A stretch of 64,000 bases of DNA from Eledone cirrhosa (GCA_964016885.1 OZ024750.1:37510001-37574000), one strand, 5' to 3'; shown: positions 45,095-57,988, counted from the stretch's first letter. Made by a program: numbers and translations. The notes: generated by a model not told the origin, from the letters alone.

Positions 45095-45237
45095 TTCATT
45101 ATTTAACGATCATTTCTAGGACATATATGTGTTAGAATTGGCATGCATATTCAAAAGTTCTATGTACAAAATTATACAAACTATCAAAGAGAATATACAT
45201 ACCATCACATATATATGCTGTCTTCAAAAATAATGAA
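45095..45237 (-). ncRNA. Degenerate type I hammerhead with long stem II in pLTR copy A
   Basis: Minus strand reads ttcattattt-TTGAAGA-[~105 nt with an atatatgtg/cacatatat helix]-GAAA-tgatcg-TT-aaataatgaa, with a perfect 10-bp stem I. Confidence 0.5.
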
Positions 45238-46024
45238 GTATATTTATTGATAATAACAACAATTCAAAATTACAGGTCTGTTTGGGAACAGATTTTAAAT
45301 AGACCAATGAAATACATAAAAATTCATCAAGAAAATACAGTTAGGTGTGTGTATATATGTAAGTAACTTCGTTCACAGATATGCATAAAAATGTATGTTC
45401 ACATGCATACGCATGTCGAAAAAGTGTATGTAAATACAAAAATTCAGGGCTAATGTATCTGTATGTTTATATTCCACAGACAAAATATACATACATATAC
45501 ATATACATATACACACATATATACACACATATACATACATTCATACACACACACGCATATACACATAAACACACACATACCTACGAACACACACACATAT
45601 ATACACACACATACGTATATATTATTATTATAACTATATGGATATTGAGGCGCACACATAAACACGGCCACGCACACTTACAGCTAGATGCAGAATTAAA
45701 AGGAGGTAAGGGAGTAAGTAATTAAGGAGGGGGTCAGACTCAGCATATTTATAAAAATGTATCTATAAATTTAGAAATAAAAAGAAATATAATAAAAGAA
45801 ATATAGTAAAAAACATTAAAAAAACATAAAAGAGAGACATAAAATATACATGCATTATACGCACATTTACACATCCATACGTTCGATACATACATACGTA
45901 CACACACACACATACACATAGTTAACCTCACGCATATTAACCTGTTTGTATGCAACTACATAAAAACAAGTAAAACATATATTCATACATATAAATACAC
46001 ACCGATATATATATATATTTATAT

Positions 46025-46212
46025 AACGAAGGAAATGTGGTAAGGAACCAGGTGGACCATAACGCACCAAAGTACTCAATACTTGAGGTAGTAGAGTGGG
46101 TAATAGGAACCAGTAAGACCCCGACAGCTGAGCTCAAGCCGTTTCGACGGCTAATTCGAATTAGCCGTCGAAACGGCTTGAGCTCAGCTGTCGGGGTCTT
46201 ACTGGTTCCTAT
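46025..46212. mobile_element. Short insertion ending in a perfect 110-bp spacerless palindrome (46103-46212) that contains the 3' half of a hammerhead
   Basis: ataggaaccagtaagacccc...ggctaattc|gaattagcc...ggggtcttactggttcctat. The arm reads GAAA-cggct tgagctc agctg-TC. It is absent from the sister pLTR at ~52275. Confidence 0.85.
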
Positions 46213-46213
46213 A

Positions 46214-46309
<96 letters not shown>

Positions 46310-46312
46310 CAC

Positions 46313-46343
<31 letters not shown>

Positions 46344-46419
46344 TATATATACATATATACACATACGCACAACACACATATATACATATATGTACACACA
46401 CATACACACATACATACAC

Positions 46420-46458
<39 letters not shown>

Positions 46459-46607
46459 CATATATATATACACATATATATACACACATATATACACACA
46501 CACACATACATATACGTATATATACATACACACACATACCCATGTATATATACACACAACCACACACTCACACACACTCAGACATACATAAATATAGAGA
46601 CATACAT

Positions 46608-46718
<111 letters not shown>

Positions 46719-46861
46719 TACACACAGTCAGACAATTATGCACATATATACACATACATACACACATCTCTACAAATACATATACATACACATACATACA
46801 TACACATATATATACATATATATATATGTAGACGCGTTCTTGAGACTAGTAAAATGAGGTA

Positions 46862-46949
46862 TCCTCTTGATAAGTCGGCAGACCTCGCAAGGACTCTATA
46901 TCTTTGATATATTGTTTTTGTTTATGCCACGAAACTACGTAGTCGAGGA
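46862..46949 (+). ncRNA. Type I hammerhead ribozyme, U3-A8 covariant core
   Basis: tcctc-TTGATAA-gtcggca...tgccac-GAAA-ctacgtag-TC-gagga. Confidence 0.8.
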
Positions 46950-47452
46950 ATTTAGGAGCAGTTTAGGTATGATACATTTTATTACTAATTATATCTAAAT
47001 GTTTCTTCTCTCTTCATAATGTATTTTTAACTCTGATACTGGTTCAGTCTGGTTCAAACTGAATTGGTCTGTCCCAGTCATTCATTGAGCAACATCGGTG
47101 AAGTTGGCACCCTTAACTCACAGTTGGGTGCGGATGCATTCATGTATATATGTGTGTGTCCGCATGTATCTGTGTGTTTATAAATATATTAATAACTCCC
47201 TCTGGTCGAGCAATCTTTGAGGTGTGGGGACAACTGGAAAGCTTCCATTACTCATACTTCTCGCCTTCTTCACTACCTCTTCTACGGCCTCGATATGAAT
47301 ACCCCCTCCGCCTCCGTGGTATTTTCTTCGTGGTTATAAGAGGCTTAGCTCTGTTTCTCGACCGTTATATCGCGTGACTATCTCCCCCTCCGCCTTTTGG
47401 GATTCTTTCTCACGTCGTGTAGACGCGTTCTTGAGACTAGTAAAATGAGGTA

Positions 47453-47540
47453 TCCTCTTGATAAGTCGGCAGACCTCGCAAGGACTCTATATCTTTGATA
47501 TATTGTTTTTGTTTATGCCACGAAACTACGTAGTCGAGGA
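47453..47540 (+). ncRNA. Type I hammerhead ribozyme, U3-A8 covariant core (second copy)
   Basis: Identical to 46862-46949, offset 591 bp. Confidence 0.8.
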
Positions 47541-47919
47541 ATTTAGGAGCAGTTTAGGTATGATACATTTTATTACTAATTATATCTAAATGTTTCTTCT
47601 CTCTTCATAATGTACATATATATATATATAGACACTCATACACACTTATTTACATGCGCACATATGTATTTTTATACTCACATACAAACACACAAACATA
47701 CATACATACTTACATACACATACATACATCCACGCTTACAAATACGAATAATTATGGGGGGAGGGGGGATTAAAATTATTAGTGGGAAATAGTAAATATA
47801 GGTTTCAAGGAACATAGAATATTAATCTGCATTTAAATGATAATATGTGTTTACATAGTAGTGTCAGTATTAGGAAATGATATTTGTAAGAAAGAAGGCT
47901 AAATTATGCATTTTAATAT

Positions 47920-48710
47920 AAGTAGACTATTAATTATAGGTTAATTAAAGTAAAAATAGTTAATATATTAATTTCTAAGGTGTATACTACTTAGGTTTAT
48001 AATATTTAAATCGGAATTTTGAAATATTAACATGATGGTATCAATTTTAGGAAATGAATTCATCGGTAGTAGAATATTAATTATAGGTTAACTAAATTAA
48101 AAATTGTATATTAATTTCTATAGTATATGTTAATTAGGTTTATAATAATTAAAGCAAAATTTTGTATTTTATCTATAGTAGAATATAATTATAGGTTAAC
48201 TAAATTAAAATTAATCTATAAATTTATTTGTAAAGAATATATTAATTAGGTATATATTTAAAAGTTTTTCTCAGTTTATGATTACATGATATTCTGCAAT
48301 CCATCTGTATTAGAATTTTAATTTTAAGCTAACTAAATGAAAATTATAGGTTAACTAAATTAAAATTAATTTATAAATTAATTTCTAAATTGTATATTAA
48401 TTAGGTTTGTAATATTAAAAGTATTTCTCTGTTATTGATTACACGATATTTTGTTATATTTCATCTGTAAAGGAATTTTAATAAAAGGTTAAATAAACTA
48501 AAATTAATCTATATATTAATTTCCAAAGTATATATTAATTATGTTAATAATATTTAAAAGTTTATGATTACACGATATTTAATTAAATTAAAATTATATG
48601 TTAACTACATTTAAATTAATTTATATATTAATTTCTAAAATATATATTATTAATTAGGTTTATAATATTTAAATGTTTTTCTCAGTTTATGATTACACGA
48701 TATAATTAAT
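47920..48710. repeat. Degenerate AT-rich tandem subrepeats in the PLE 3' region (sister copy ~54500-55365)
   Basis: The recurring unit is ataggttaactaaattaaaattaat...aattaggtttataatatttaaa..tttttctcagtttatgattacacgatat. Confidence 0.8.
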
Positions 48711-51066
48711 TCCTGTCCTTAGATTTCATTATTCTTGGGAACACAATCTACATTCATTTCTATTATTTTTCATAAGGGGTGGCTCTTTTGAGCACACTCC
48801 AGGTCATATCATATTCTATATTCTTATTTCTATAACTATTAATTTTTTCTGCTAGAGATGTTGTATTAGCCAGTGCGGCATTTTTAAAACTATGTTTGTG
48901 GGTATTAAACCTTACCTTAAAATTGTTAGAAGTAGCTCCTATATATGAGCAAATAGAATCTTTAGTTTTAACTTTACATTTATAAACTATGTTGTTAACA
49001 AGACAATTTCCTTTTAATGGGCAGTTTGCTTTGTTTCTACCTTTCGTTAATTCTGTATTTGAGGAGATATTATGGTTAGTTTGATGTATTGGTGGTATAC
49101 TTATGGTTTTTTTACATTTATATGCATTTGTAGGCACTTATATTTTGTTTTATGTTTTTGGTTGTTGAGTATGAAAATTTAACTGTTGATCTATTTAAGA
49201 TTTGATGGTATTTGTGGTTTGGCGGGAAGTTTTTCTCTAGGATATTAAACATTTTTTCAGCAATATTATCCTTAATTTGTAAATTAAATGGAGCATTATA
49301 CCAAGTAACTCGTCTATTACGGTTTCTATGTTGTTTATTGTTTTTATAGGATGCATGTTTACTAGGAGGATTAATGTTAATGACCTCACCACGCGCATTT
49401 TTAGTTAGATTTATTGATTTAGGTGTTTTAGCTTGTTTATTAGGAGTTTTATTATTAACATTTATTAGAGTTGTATGATGAGTAGTATTTTGAGAGTTAC
49501 TATACTTTATATTAGAGGATTTAGAGAAATTTGGTTTTATGTTGGTATTTTGGGGTATAGTGTGAGTGGCATTTAGGTGTGTACTTTTCATTTGGTGTTT
49601 GTTGGTAATATTAGGTTGTATGTTTATAGTGTTATTAGTAGAAGGTATATATTCCAATCTATTTTTGTGGCCACTTCTATCTAGAGCTTCGTTATAGAAG
49701 GTCGCATTTTAATCAAATACATCTTGTTTAGACGAAAGGTTAGAAATTCTAAGTGATATATTATATGCAAAGTTTTTAAGGATAGATTTAGGGTGATTAG
49801 ATTGTGAGTGTATGTAGTGTAAGTTTTGGTTGGGTTTATGGTAAGGTTGGTAGATACCCGTAGCTAAGTCTAAAGTTATATCTAGGAAATTAACTACTTT
49901 ACTTGTGTTTTCAAAAGTAATATGAAGACTATAATAGTCTTTAAGGAAAGTTCTAATAAGCTTTTTGTTTTTTTTCTATTTCTGAGAGGCTAAGGTTGTT
50001 GGAAAGAAGAAGACAGTCATCACGATATAAACCACCTTTAAGGTGGGGAAAGGAAGCATTTATGTTAAAAAGATAAGTAATTTGGGCAGAATCGCTTGAA
50101 CCCATAGTAATATCAAATAGATTACTATATGTGTTTCTGGTCCAGTATTCATTCTGAAATTCAATAAGTGTTAGTCTAGCATGTGTAATAATATTAATGT
50201 CATCCAAAGTTAAGTTAGATCTATTTTTAGCAAATATCAAAGCTTTGTTCAGGAGTATAGGTGATATAGAAGAATAGTAATTATCTATATCAAATTGTAG
50301 AAATGAAGCAGAAGATTTACATCTAATATTTTTAAACCAGTTAATTACCTGGGAAGTGTTTTCCCAGAGTGGTAAATTAACATGTTTTCTTATTTGTGGG
50401 ATGACTCTATCCAAAATTTTTTTGCTAATTATTCCAATATCAGATTCGGAGGGACATATAAGTCTTATAGAAGGATTTGAGTTAAAGTTTGATTTATGAT
50501 CTTTCAGGTTGAAGTGTGGTCTTTTCAATGCCAAAAGTTCAGTTCTATCTTCAATATTTAGTTTATTCACTATGTTGTGTGTTTTGTTGTTGATGTTGGT
50601 GAGTGACGCATTATTAGTTTTTCTATAATTTTTCATGAGTTCTTTATATATGAACTCATTATAATTTTCAATATCCATGTGATATAAGTTTCCAGTTTTG
50701 TCCGAGTGGACATGGATTTTTGTAGACTTTTTTTAGGTCCAATAGGGTAGAATCAAGGTCCTTTTGAAAGATAGATTTATACTTCTTAAATTTGAGGTGT
50801 TTAATTAAATTAAAAAGGTCTTTCTCAAAGTCTTCAAGTAGAGAGTTGTGTGGTGGATTCTTGTAAGTAGTGAAATCATACATATATTTCCTATCTGCAT
50901 ATTTAGATTTTTTATCGAAGTGGTAGGCCCTCCATCTAACTCTTCTGATAAATTGGTTAGTTTTCTGTATCATAAGAAGTAAGAAGTCATCCTTAGAAGG
51001 TATTGGTATATTCTTTAAAGAAGTTCCCAAGTATTGTTTTTCCATTGTGATATGGATAATGGACAA
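48652..51066 (-). pseudogene. Penelope-like RT + GIY-YIG polyprotein, frameshifted and internally deleted
   Basis: N-terminus LGTSLKNIPIPSK..FIRRVRWRAYHF. RT motifs LKDHK..F...PSIRLI, FDIDNYYSSI, FDITMGSSD and GGLYRDD. Thumb region NFLDITLDL..YHKPN...SNHPK (~49700-49900). Linker WYNAPF..FPPNHKYHQILNRSTVKFSYS. Endonuclease CPLKGNC..IVYKC..YIGATSNNFKVRFNTHKHSF. The reading frame is split over ORFs 50668-51066, 49953-50678, 49118-49657 and 48763-49137. Confidence 0.92.
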
Positions 51067-51394
51067 GAGAAAGAGCTCAACTAAATGTATATGGAGTTAT
51101 AAAATCATACATATATATGTATATACATAAATATAAAATTAACACACATATACAATACAAAAATAAGAATATTTCCGTGAAAATAGGAGCAAATTATGTA
51201 GATAAATCTACCAAAAGTTTACGGTAGTGTCCAATCCGTATGAAGAACTCAATGTAATCCGGATATCATGGAAAGAAGAGATGCATTCAAAAATCACTTT
51301 GGGCGAAAGATAAACGGAATACAGAGTCAAGATAAAATATTAAAAAAATAATGAATAAAACAATGAAACAGTTCCTTATATTAAACAAAAAAAG

Positions 51395-51539
51395 TTCATT
51401 ATTTAACGATCGTTTCTAGGACATATATGTGTTAGAATTGGCATGCATATTCAAAAGATCGATGTACAAACTTATACAAACTATCAAAGAGAATATACAT
51501 ACCATCACATATATATATGCTGTCTTCAAAAATAATGAA
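51395..51539 (-). ncRNA. Degenerate type I hammerhead with long stem II in pLTR copy B
   Basis: Minus strand reads ttcattattt-TTGAAGA-[~110 nt]-GAAA-cgatcg-TT-aaataatgaa. Stem III is the palindrome cgatcg and stem I is 10 bp. Confidence 0.55.
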
Positions 51540-52269
51540 GTATATTTATTGATAATAACAACAATTCAAAATTACAGGTCTGTTTGGGAACAGATTTTAA
51601 ATAGACCAATGAAATACATAAAAATTCATCAATAAATACAGTTAGGTGTGTGTATATATGTAAGTAACTTCGTTCACAGATATGCATAAAAATGTACGTT
51701 CACATGCATACGCATGTCGAAAAAGTGTATGTAAATACAAAAATTCAGGGCTAATGTCTCTGTATGTTTATAATCCACAGACAAAATATACATACATATA
51801 CATATACATATACACACATATATACACACATATACATACATTCATACACACACACGCATATACACATAAACACACACATACCTACGAACACACACACATA
51901 TATACACACACACACACACATACGTATATATTATTATTATAACTATATGGATATTGAGGCGCACACATAAACACGGCCACGCACACTTACAGCTAGATGC
52001 AGAATTAAAACTCAGCATATTTATAAAAATGTATCTATAAATTTAGAAATAAAAAGAAATATAATAAAAGAAATATAATAAAAACATAAAAAAACATAAA
52101 AGAGAGACATAAAATATACATGCATTATACGCACAGTTACACATCCATACGTTCGATACATACATACGTACACACACACACATACACATACTTAACCTCA
52201 CGCATTTTAACCTGTTTGTATGCATATACATAAAAACAAGTAAAATATATATTCATACATATAAATACA

Positions 52270-52357
<88 letters not shown>

Positions 52358-52431
52358 TATATATATATATATATACACATACGCACAACACACATGTATA
52401 CATATATGTACACACACATACACATATACAT

Positions 52432-52472
<41 letters not shown>

Positions 52473-52613
52473 TATACACATATATATACACACATATATA
52501 TACACACACACGTACATATACGTATGTATACATACACACACATACCCATGTATATATACACACAACCACACACTCACACACACTCAGACATACATAAATA
52601 TAGAGACATACAT

Positions 52614-52679
<66 letters not shown>

Positions 52680-52689
52680 TTATATATAT

Positions 52690-52722
<33 letters not shown>

Positions 52723-53024
52723 GATTGAAACAAAATGAAAACGAAATTTCATTTCTCACTCTTAGTATGGCACTTACTTAAATGTAAGTATGCATGTATA
52801 CGTACATACATATATGTATACAGACGTACAGTAGCATGCACATATATATATATATATATACATATATACATACATATGCATACAGGTACACATACATATA
52901 TGCACGTATCAGTTTAGCGGCGCTAACGTCGCTTTGTTCGTTTGTAAACAAACTGAACAGCCTGAATTTATGCCATACGGTGTTAAGGCAACCACGTCAC
53001 CTTTTTGTTCAACACTGACACGGG

Positions 53025-53069
53025 AACGATGTACTAGTTTCAAGCTTGTTAGCTATCATCAGCACCGTT
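53025..53069 (-). ncRNA. Minimal type I hammerhead ribozyme
   Basis: Minus strand reads aacggtg-CTGATGA-t agct aaca agct t-GAAA-ctag-TA-catcgtt, with a 7-bp stem I and a palindromic stem III. Confidence 0.85.
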
Positions 53070-53490
53070 TACCCATCTGCCAGATAGTTGAACGTTCGAA
53101 AGTATATACTTTCCTTCTGAAAATTAACGGCTGAGCAGCCTAATTTGCATATTGAGTGAGTTAAATCGGTCAGGCATACCGAAAACGATAGATTGAAACA
53201 AAATGAAAACGAAATTTCATTTCTCACTCTTAGTATGGCACTTACTTAAATGTAAGTATGCATGTATACGTACATACATATATGTATACAAACGTACAGT
53301 AGCATGCACATATATATATATATATACATATATACATACATATGCATACAGGTACACATACATATATGCACGTATCAGTTTAGCGGCGCTAACGTCGCTT
53401 TGTTCGTTTGTAAACAAACTGAACAGCCTGAATTTATGCCATACGGTGTTAAGGCAACCACGTCACGTTTTTGTTCAACACTGACACGGG

Positions 53491-53535
53491 AACGATGTAC
53501 TAGTTTCAAGCTTGTTAGCTATCATCTGCACCGTT
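53491..53535 (-). ncRNA. Minimal type I hammerhead with a core mutation (CAGATGA), probably impaired
   Basis: Same as 53025-53069, but the plus strand reads tcatctg instead of tcatcag. Confidence 0.7.
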
Positions 53536-53952
53536 TACCCATCTGCCAGATAGTTGAACGTTCGAAAGTATATACTTTCCTTATGAAAATTAACGGCTGA
53601 GCAGCCTAATTTGCATATTGAGTGAGTTAAATCGGTCAGGCATACCGAAAACGATAGATTGAAACAAAATGAAAACGAAATTTCATTTCTCACTCTTAGT
53701 ATGGCACTTACTTAAATGTAAGTATGCATGTATACGTACATACATATATGTATACAGACGTACAGTAGCATGCACATATATATATATACATATATACATA
53801 CATATGCATACAGGTACACATACATATATGCACGTATCAGTTTAGCGGCGCTAACGTCGCTTTGTTCGTTTGTAAACAAACTGAACAGCCTGAATTTATG
53901 CCATACGGTGTTAAGGCAACCACGTCACCTTTTTGTTCAACACTGACACGGG

Positions 53953-53997
53953 AACGATGTACTAGTTTCAAGCTTGTTAGCTATCATCAGCACCGTT
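53953..53997 (-). ncRNA. Minimal type I hammerhead ribozyme
   Basis: Identical to 53025-53069. Confidence 0.85.
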
Positions 53998-54171
53998 TAC
54001 CCATCTGCCAGATAGTTGAACGTTCGAAAGTATATACTTTCCTTATGAAAATTAACGGCTGAGCAGCCTAATTTGCATATTGAGTGAGTTAAATCGGTCA
54101 GGCATACCGAAAACGATAGATTGAAACAAAATGAAAACGAAATTTCATTTCTCACTCTTAGTATGGCACTT

Positions 54172-54218
<47 letters not shown>

Positions 54219-55303
54219 TCATACACACTTATTTACATGCGCACATATGTATTTTTATACTCTCAAACATACATACATACTTACATACACATACATACAT
54301 CCACGCTTACAAATACGAATAATTATGGGGGGGAAGGGGGATTAAAATTATTAGTGGGAAATAGTAAATATAGGTTTCAAGGAACATAGAATATTAATCT
54401 GCATTTAAATGATAATATGTGTTTACATAATAGTGTCAGTATTAGGAAATGGTATTTGTAAGAAAGAAGGCTAAATTATGCATTTTAATATAAGTAGACT
54501 ATTAATTATAGGTTAATTAAAGTAAAAATAGTTAATATATTAATTTCTAAGGTGTATACTACTTAGGTTTATAATATTTAAATCGGAATTTTGAAGTTAA
54601 ACAGTAGTAGAGTATTAATTATAGCATAACTAAATTAAAAATATTAACATGATGGTATCAATTTTAGGAAATGAATTCATCGGTAGTAGAATATTAATTA
54701 TAGGTTAACTAAATTAAAAATTATATATTAATTTCTATAGTATATGTTAATTAGGTTTATAATAATTAAAGCAAAATTTTGTATTTTATCTATAGTAGAA
54801 TATAATTATAGGTTAACTAAATTAAAATTAATCTATATATTTATTTGTAAAGAATATATTAATTAGGTATATATTTAAAAGTTTTTCTCAGTTTATGATT
54901 ACATGATATTCTGCAATCCATCTGTATTAGAATTTTAATTTTAAGCTAACTAAATTAAAATTATAGGTTAACTAAATTAAAATTAATTTCTAAATTAATT
55001 TCTAAATTGTATATTAATTATGTTTGTAATATTAAAAAGTATTTCTCTGTTATTGATTACACGATATTTTGTTATATTTCATCTGTAAAGGAATTTTAAT
55101 AAAAGGTTAAATAAACTAAAATTAATCTATATATTAATTTCCAAAGTATATATTAATTATGTTTATAATATTTAAAAGTTTTTCACAGTTTATGATTACA
55201 CGATATTTTTTAATTTCATCTGTCGTAGAATTTTAATTAAATTAAAATTATATCTTAACTACATTTAAATTAATTTATATATTAATTTCTAAAATATATA
55301 TTA

Positions 55304-55838
55304 TTAATTAGGTTTATAATATTTAAATGTTTTTCTCAGTTTATGATTACACGATATAATTAATTCCTGTCGCTTATTTAATAGGATATCCTTAGAATTC
55401 ATTATTTCAAATAGTTCTTGGGAACACAATCTACATTCATTTCTATTATTTTGATAAGGGGTGGCTCTTTTGAGCACACTCCAGGTCATATCATATTCTA
55501 TATTCTTATTTCTATAACTATTAATTTTTTCTGCTAGAGATGTTGTATTAGCCAGTGCGGCATTTTAAAAACTATGTTTGTGGGTATTAAACCTTACCTT
55601 AAAATTGTTAGAAGTAGCTCCTATATATGAGCAAATAGAATCTTTAGTTTTAACTTTACATTTATAAACTATGTTGTTAACAAGACAATTTCATTTTAAT
55701 GGGCAGTTTGCTTTGTTTCTACAGTTACAACCTTTCGTTAATTCTGTATTTGAGGAGATATTATGGTTAGTTTGATGTATTGGTGGTATACTTATGTTTT
55801 CTTTACATTTATATGCATTATAGGCACTTATATTTTGT
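55304..55838 (-). pseudogene. GIY-YIG endonuclease portion of the upstream partial PLE copy
   Basis: Reads GCNCRNKANCP...YIGATSNNFKVRF...WSVLKRATPYQNNRNECRLCSQELFEIMNSKDILLNKRQELIISCNHK. It retains Cys motifs that are deleted in the other copy. Confidence 0.88.
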
Positions 55839-55870
55839 CATCCAAAGTTAAGTTAGATCTATTTTTAGCA

Positions 55871-55980
55871 TATATGTCTATATATGTATATATATATATA
55901 TGTATATGTATATATATATATGTATATGTATATATATGTATGTATATGTATATATATGTATGTATATGTATATATATATG

Positions 55981-56030
<50 letters not shown>

Positions 56031-56106
56031 TATATACATATACATATACATACATATATATACATATACATATATATATATACATATATATATACATATA
56101 CATATA

Positions 56107-56176
<70 letters not shown>

Positions 56177-56207
56177 CATATATATATATACATATATATA
56201 TATATAC

Positions 56208-56280
<73 letters not shown>

Positions 56281-56285
56281 TATAC

Positions 56286-56316
<31 letters not shown>

Positions 56317-56324
56317 CATATATA
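55871..56324. repeat. (TA)n compound microsatellite
   Basis: Direct reading. Confidence 0.97.
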
Positions 56325-57988
56325 TAACTTTGAATAACTTTGAAATGTTTTGGCCAGTATTGGCCCAGGCCATGTCTAACTTAATAGCACCACCTGGCGA
56401 AGTCTTTCAATTCAGAATTTGGGCACCATGGCCCATTCGAGAACAGAATTACTGTTTGCGGAGACATATCCGGGTGTGGGTGGTTTGTCCGGGATTACTT
56501 GGAGGAATTTGTCCAAAGACTTCTTGAATTTTGTGTGGTCAGTTTCTGTTTTGACGTGTCCTGGTGTGATGTTGAAGAGAGCAGGGCCGATTGAGGTGAA
56601 ATAATTGTGCCGTATTGTTGTTATGAGTTGCGATTTAGATTTTTGAATGGGACGGATAGCACGGGGCCCAAGCCTTGGGTGTATCTTGAAGGCGATGCCA
56701 ACATCATTTGGGCAGTGATGATGGAACATTTTCCACATCATGCAGATAATATAACGCTCACGGCGACGTTGGAGTGAGTAAAGTTTCAGGTTTTCCAATC
56801 GACCCCAGTAGTCAAGGTCTGACATGCCATCTATCTTTTTCGTGATTGCCCTTTGAGGAGCTTCAAGTTTCATGATACTTTGTTTCGTGTGGGGAGACCA
56901 CAGTGGACAACAGTATTCAAGGTGTGGTCGGGCGAAAGTAGAGAAGAGAAGGATAATGGTGCGGGAATCTCTCGACTGGAAGGTTCTGAGGATCCAGGAA
57001 CACATTCTGCGGGCCATGTCAACTTTGCTGCTTATATGCGTGGTCCAGCTTATGTTGCTGTCCACGGTTACTCCCAAGTCTCTGATGTTGTTAGATGCCA
57101 CGAGAGTTTCCCCGGAGGGAAGGGAGTACGGGAGTTTCAGAGCATCCTCTTTTCCAAAGTGGATCAGTTCGAATTTGTCTTCGTTCAGTAACATGTTGTT
57201 CTTTTCTGCCCATTGGGTAACAGCCAGTAGGTCTGACTGAAGGCTTATCCGGTCATCCACGCCATTGATGACCTTTTGGAGCTTGGAATCATCAGCGAAA
57301 ATTTTAATGTTGCTGTGTTTGATGATGTCAGTGATGTCATTAATATAGATGATGAAGAGAAGTGGGCCCAACACAGTGCCTTGTGGGACTCCACTACTGA
57401 CTTTGGCTGGGCTTGATTTGACTCCCTCAACTACAACATGTTGGGTTCTGTTTGACAGGAAGCTCTTGATCCACTGCAGCAGCTTTCCAGTGACACCAAT
57501 ATTGGACAGCTTTCTCAGTAGAATGTTATGATCAACCCTGTCAAAGGCCTTGCTGAAATCAAGGTAGATAACATCAGTGTTGGAACCCTCTCCCAAGGCT
57601 CTCAAAATGTCATCAAAGTGATGCAGTAGTTGCGTCAGGCAATCCCTTCCATTACGGAATCCATGCTGGTTGGAGTTCAGCATATTGTTACTCTCAAGGA
57701 AGTGGGTCATTCGCGATCTCACCACTCGCTCAAATACCTTAATGATATGAGAGGTGAGTGAGATTGGACGGTAATTCACGGCAAGGGATTTGTTTCCCTT
57801 TTTGAAAACTGGGACAACAGACTGGGATAGAAGGTTTTCTGGCACATATCCAGCATCCAGTGAGTTCCGCCACAGATTGGCAAGAGGAGAAGCAAGTTGG
57901 TGTTGACACGCCTTCAAGACACAAGCAGGGAACCTATCGGGACCTACTGCTGAATTATGCTTGATTTCCTTTATTGCCGCCAAGACAT
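56325..57988 (-). mobile_element. 5'-truncated CR1/L2-group LINE (RT half of ORF2 + 3'UTR), inverted near-identical copy of 62057-63720
   Basis: Open frame LAAIKEIK...YRPISLTS...[11 protein letters not shown]...[13 protein letters not shown]...FADD. It has the same (ttcaaagtta)x2 tail, and only a few amino-acid differences from the plus-strand copy. Confidence 0.95.

Larger units (their letters stand above)
46827..47614 (+). mobile_element. Retrozyme-like non-autonomous element: 197-bp identical direct repeats each with a hammerhead, 591-bp unit
   Basis: 46827-47023 equals 47418-47614. The ~394-bp interior is non-coding. The element is inserted in (TA)n and is absent from the sister pLTR. 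Confidence 0.85.
52721..54175 (-). mobile_element. Tandem non-LTR retrozyme-like repeat: 3 units of 462-468 bp plus a ~59-bp partial unit
   Basis: Unit starts (tagattgaaac) are at 52721, 53189, 53655 and 54117. Each full unit has one hammerhead. (TA)n flanks the array, which is absent from the sister pLTR. Confidence 0.88.

Noticed and set aside
52794-54345. Repeated 60-110 aa ORFs in the 465-bp tandem
   Set aside because: Frames vary with the internal (TA)n length and there are no motifs. The conserved signal is the antisense hammerhead.
55304-55740. Selenocysteine recoding in the Naiad-like endonuclease
   Set aside because: The Cys motifs (CNC, CRLC, CNH) are encoded by TGT/TGC, and no in-frame TGA is seen at these positions.
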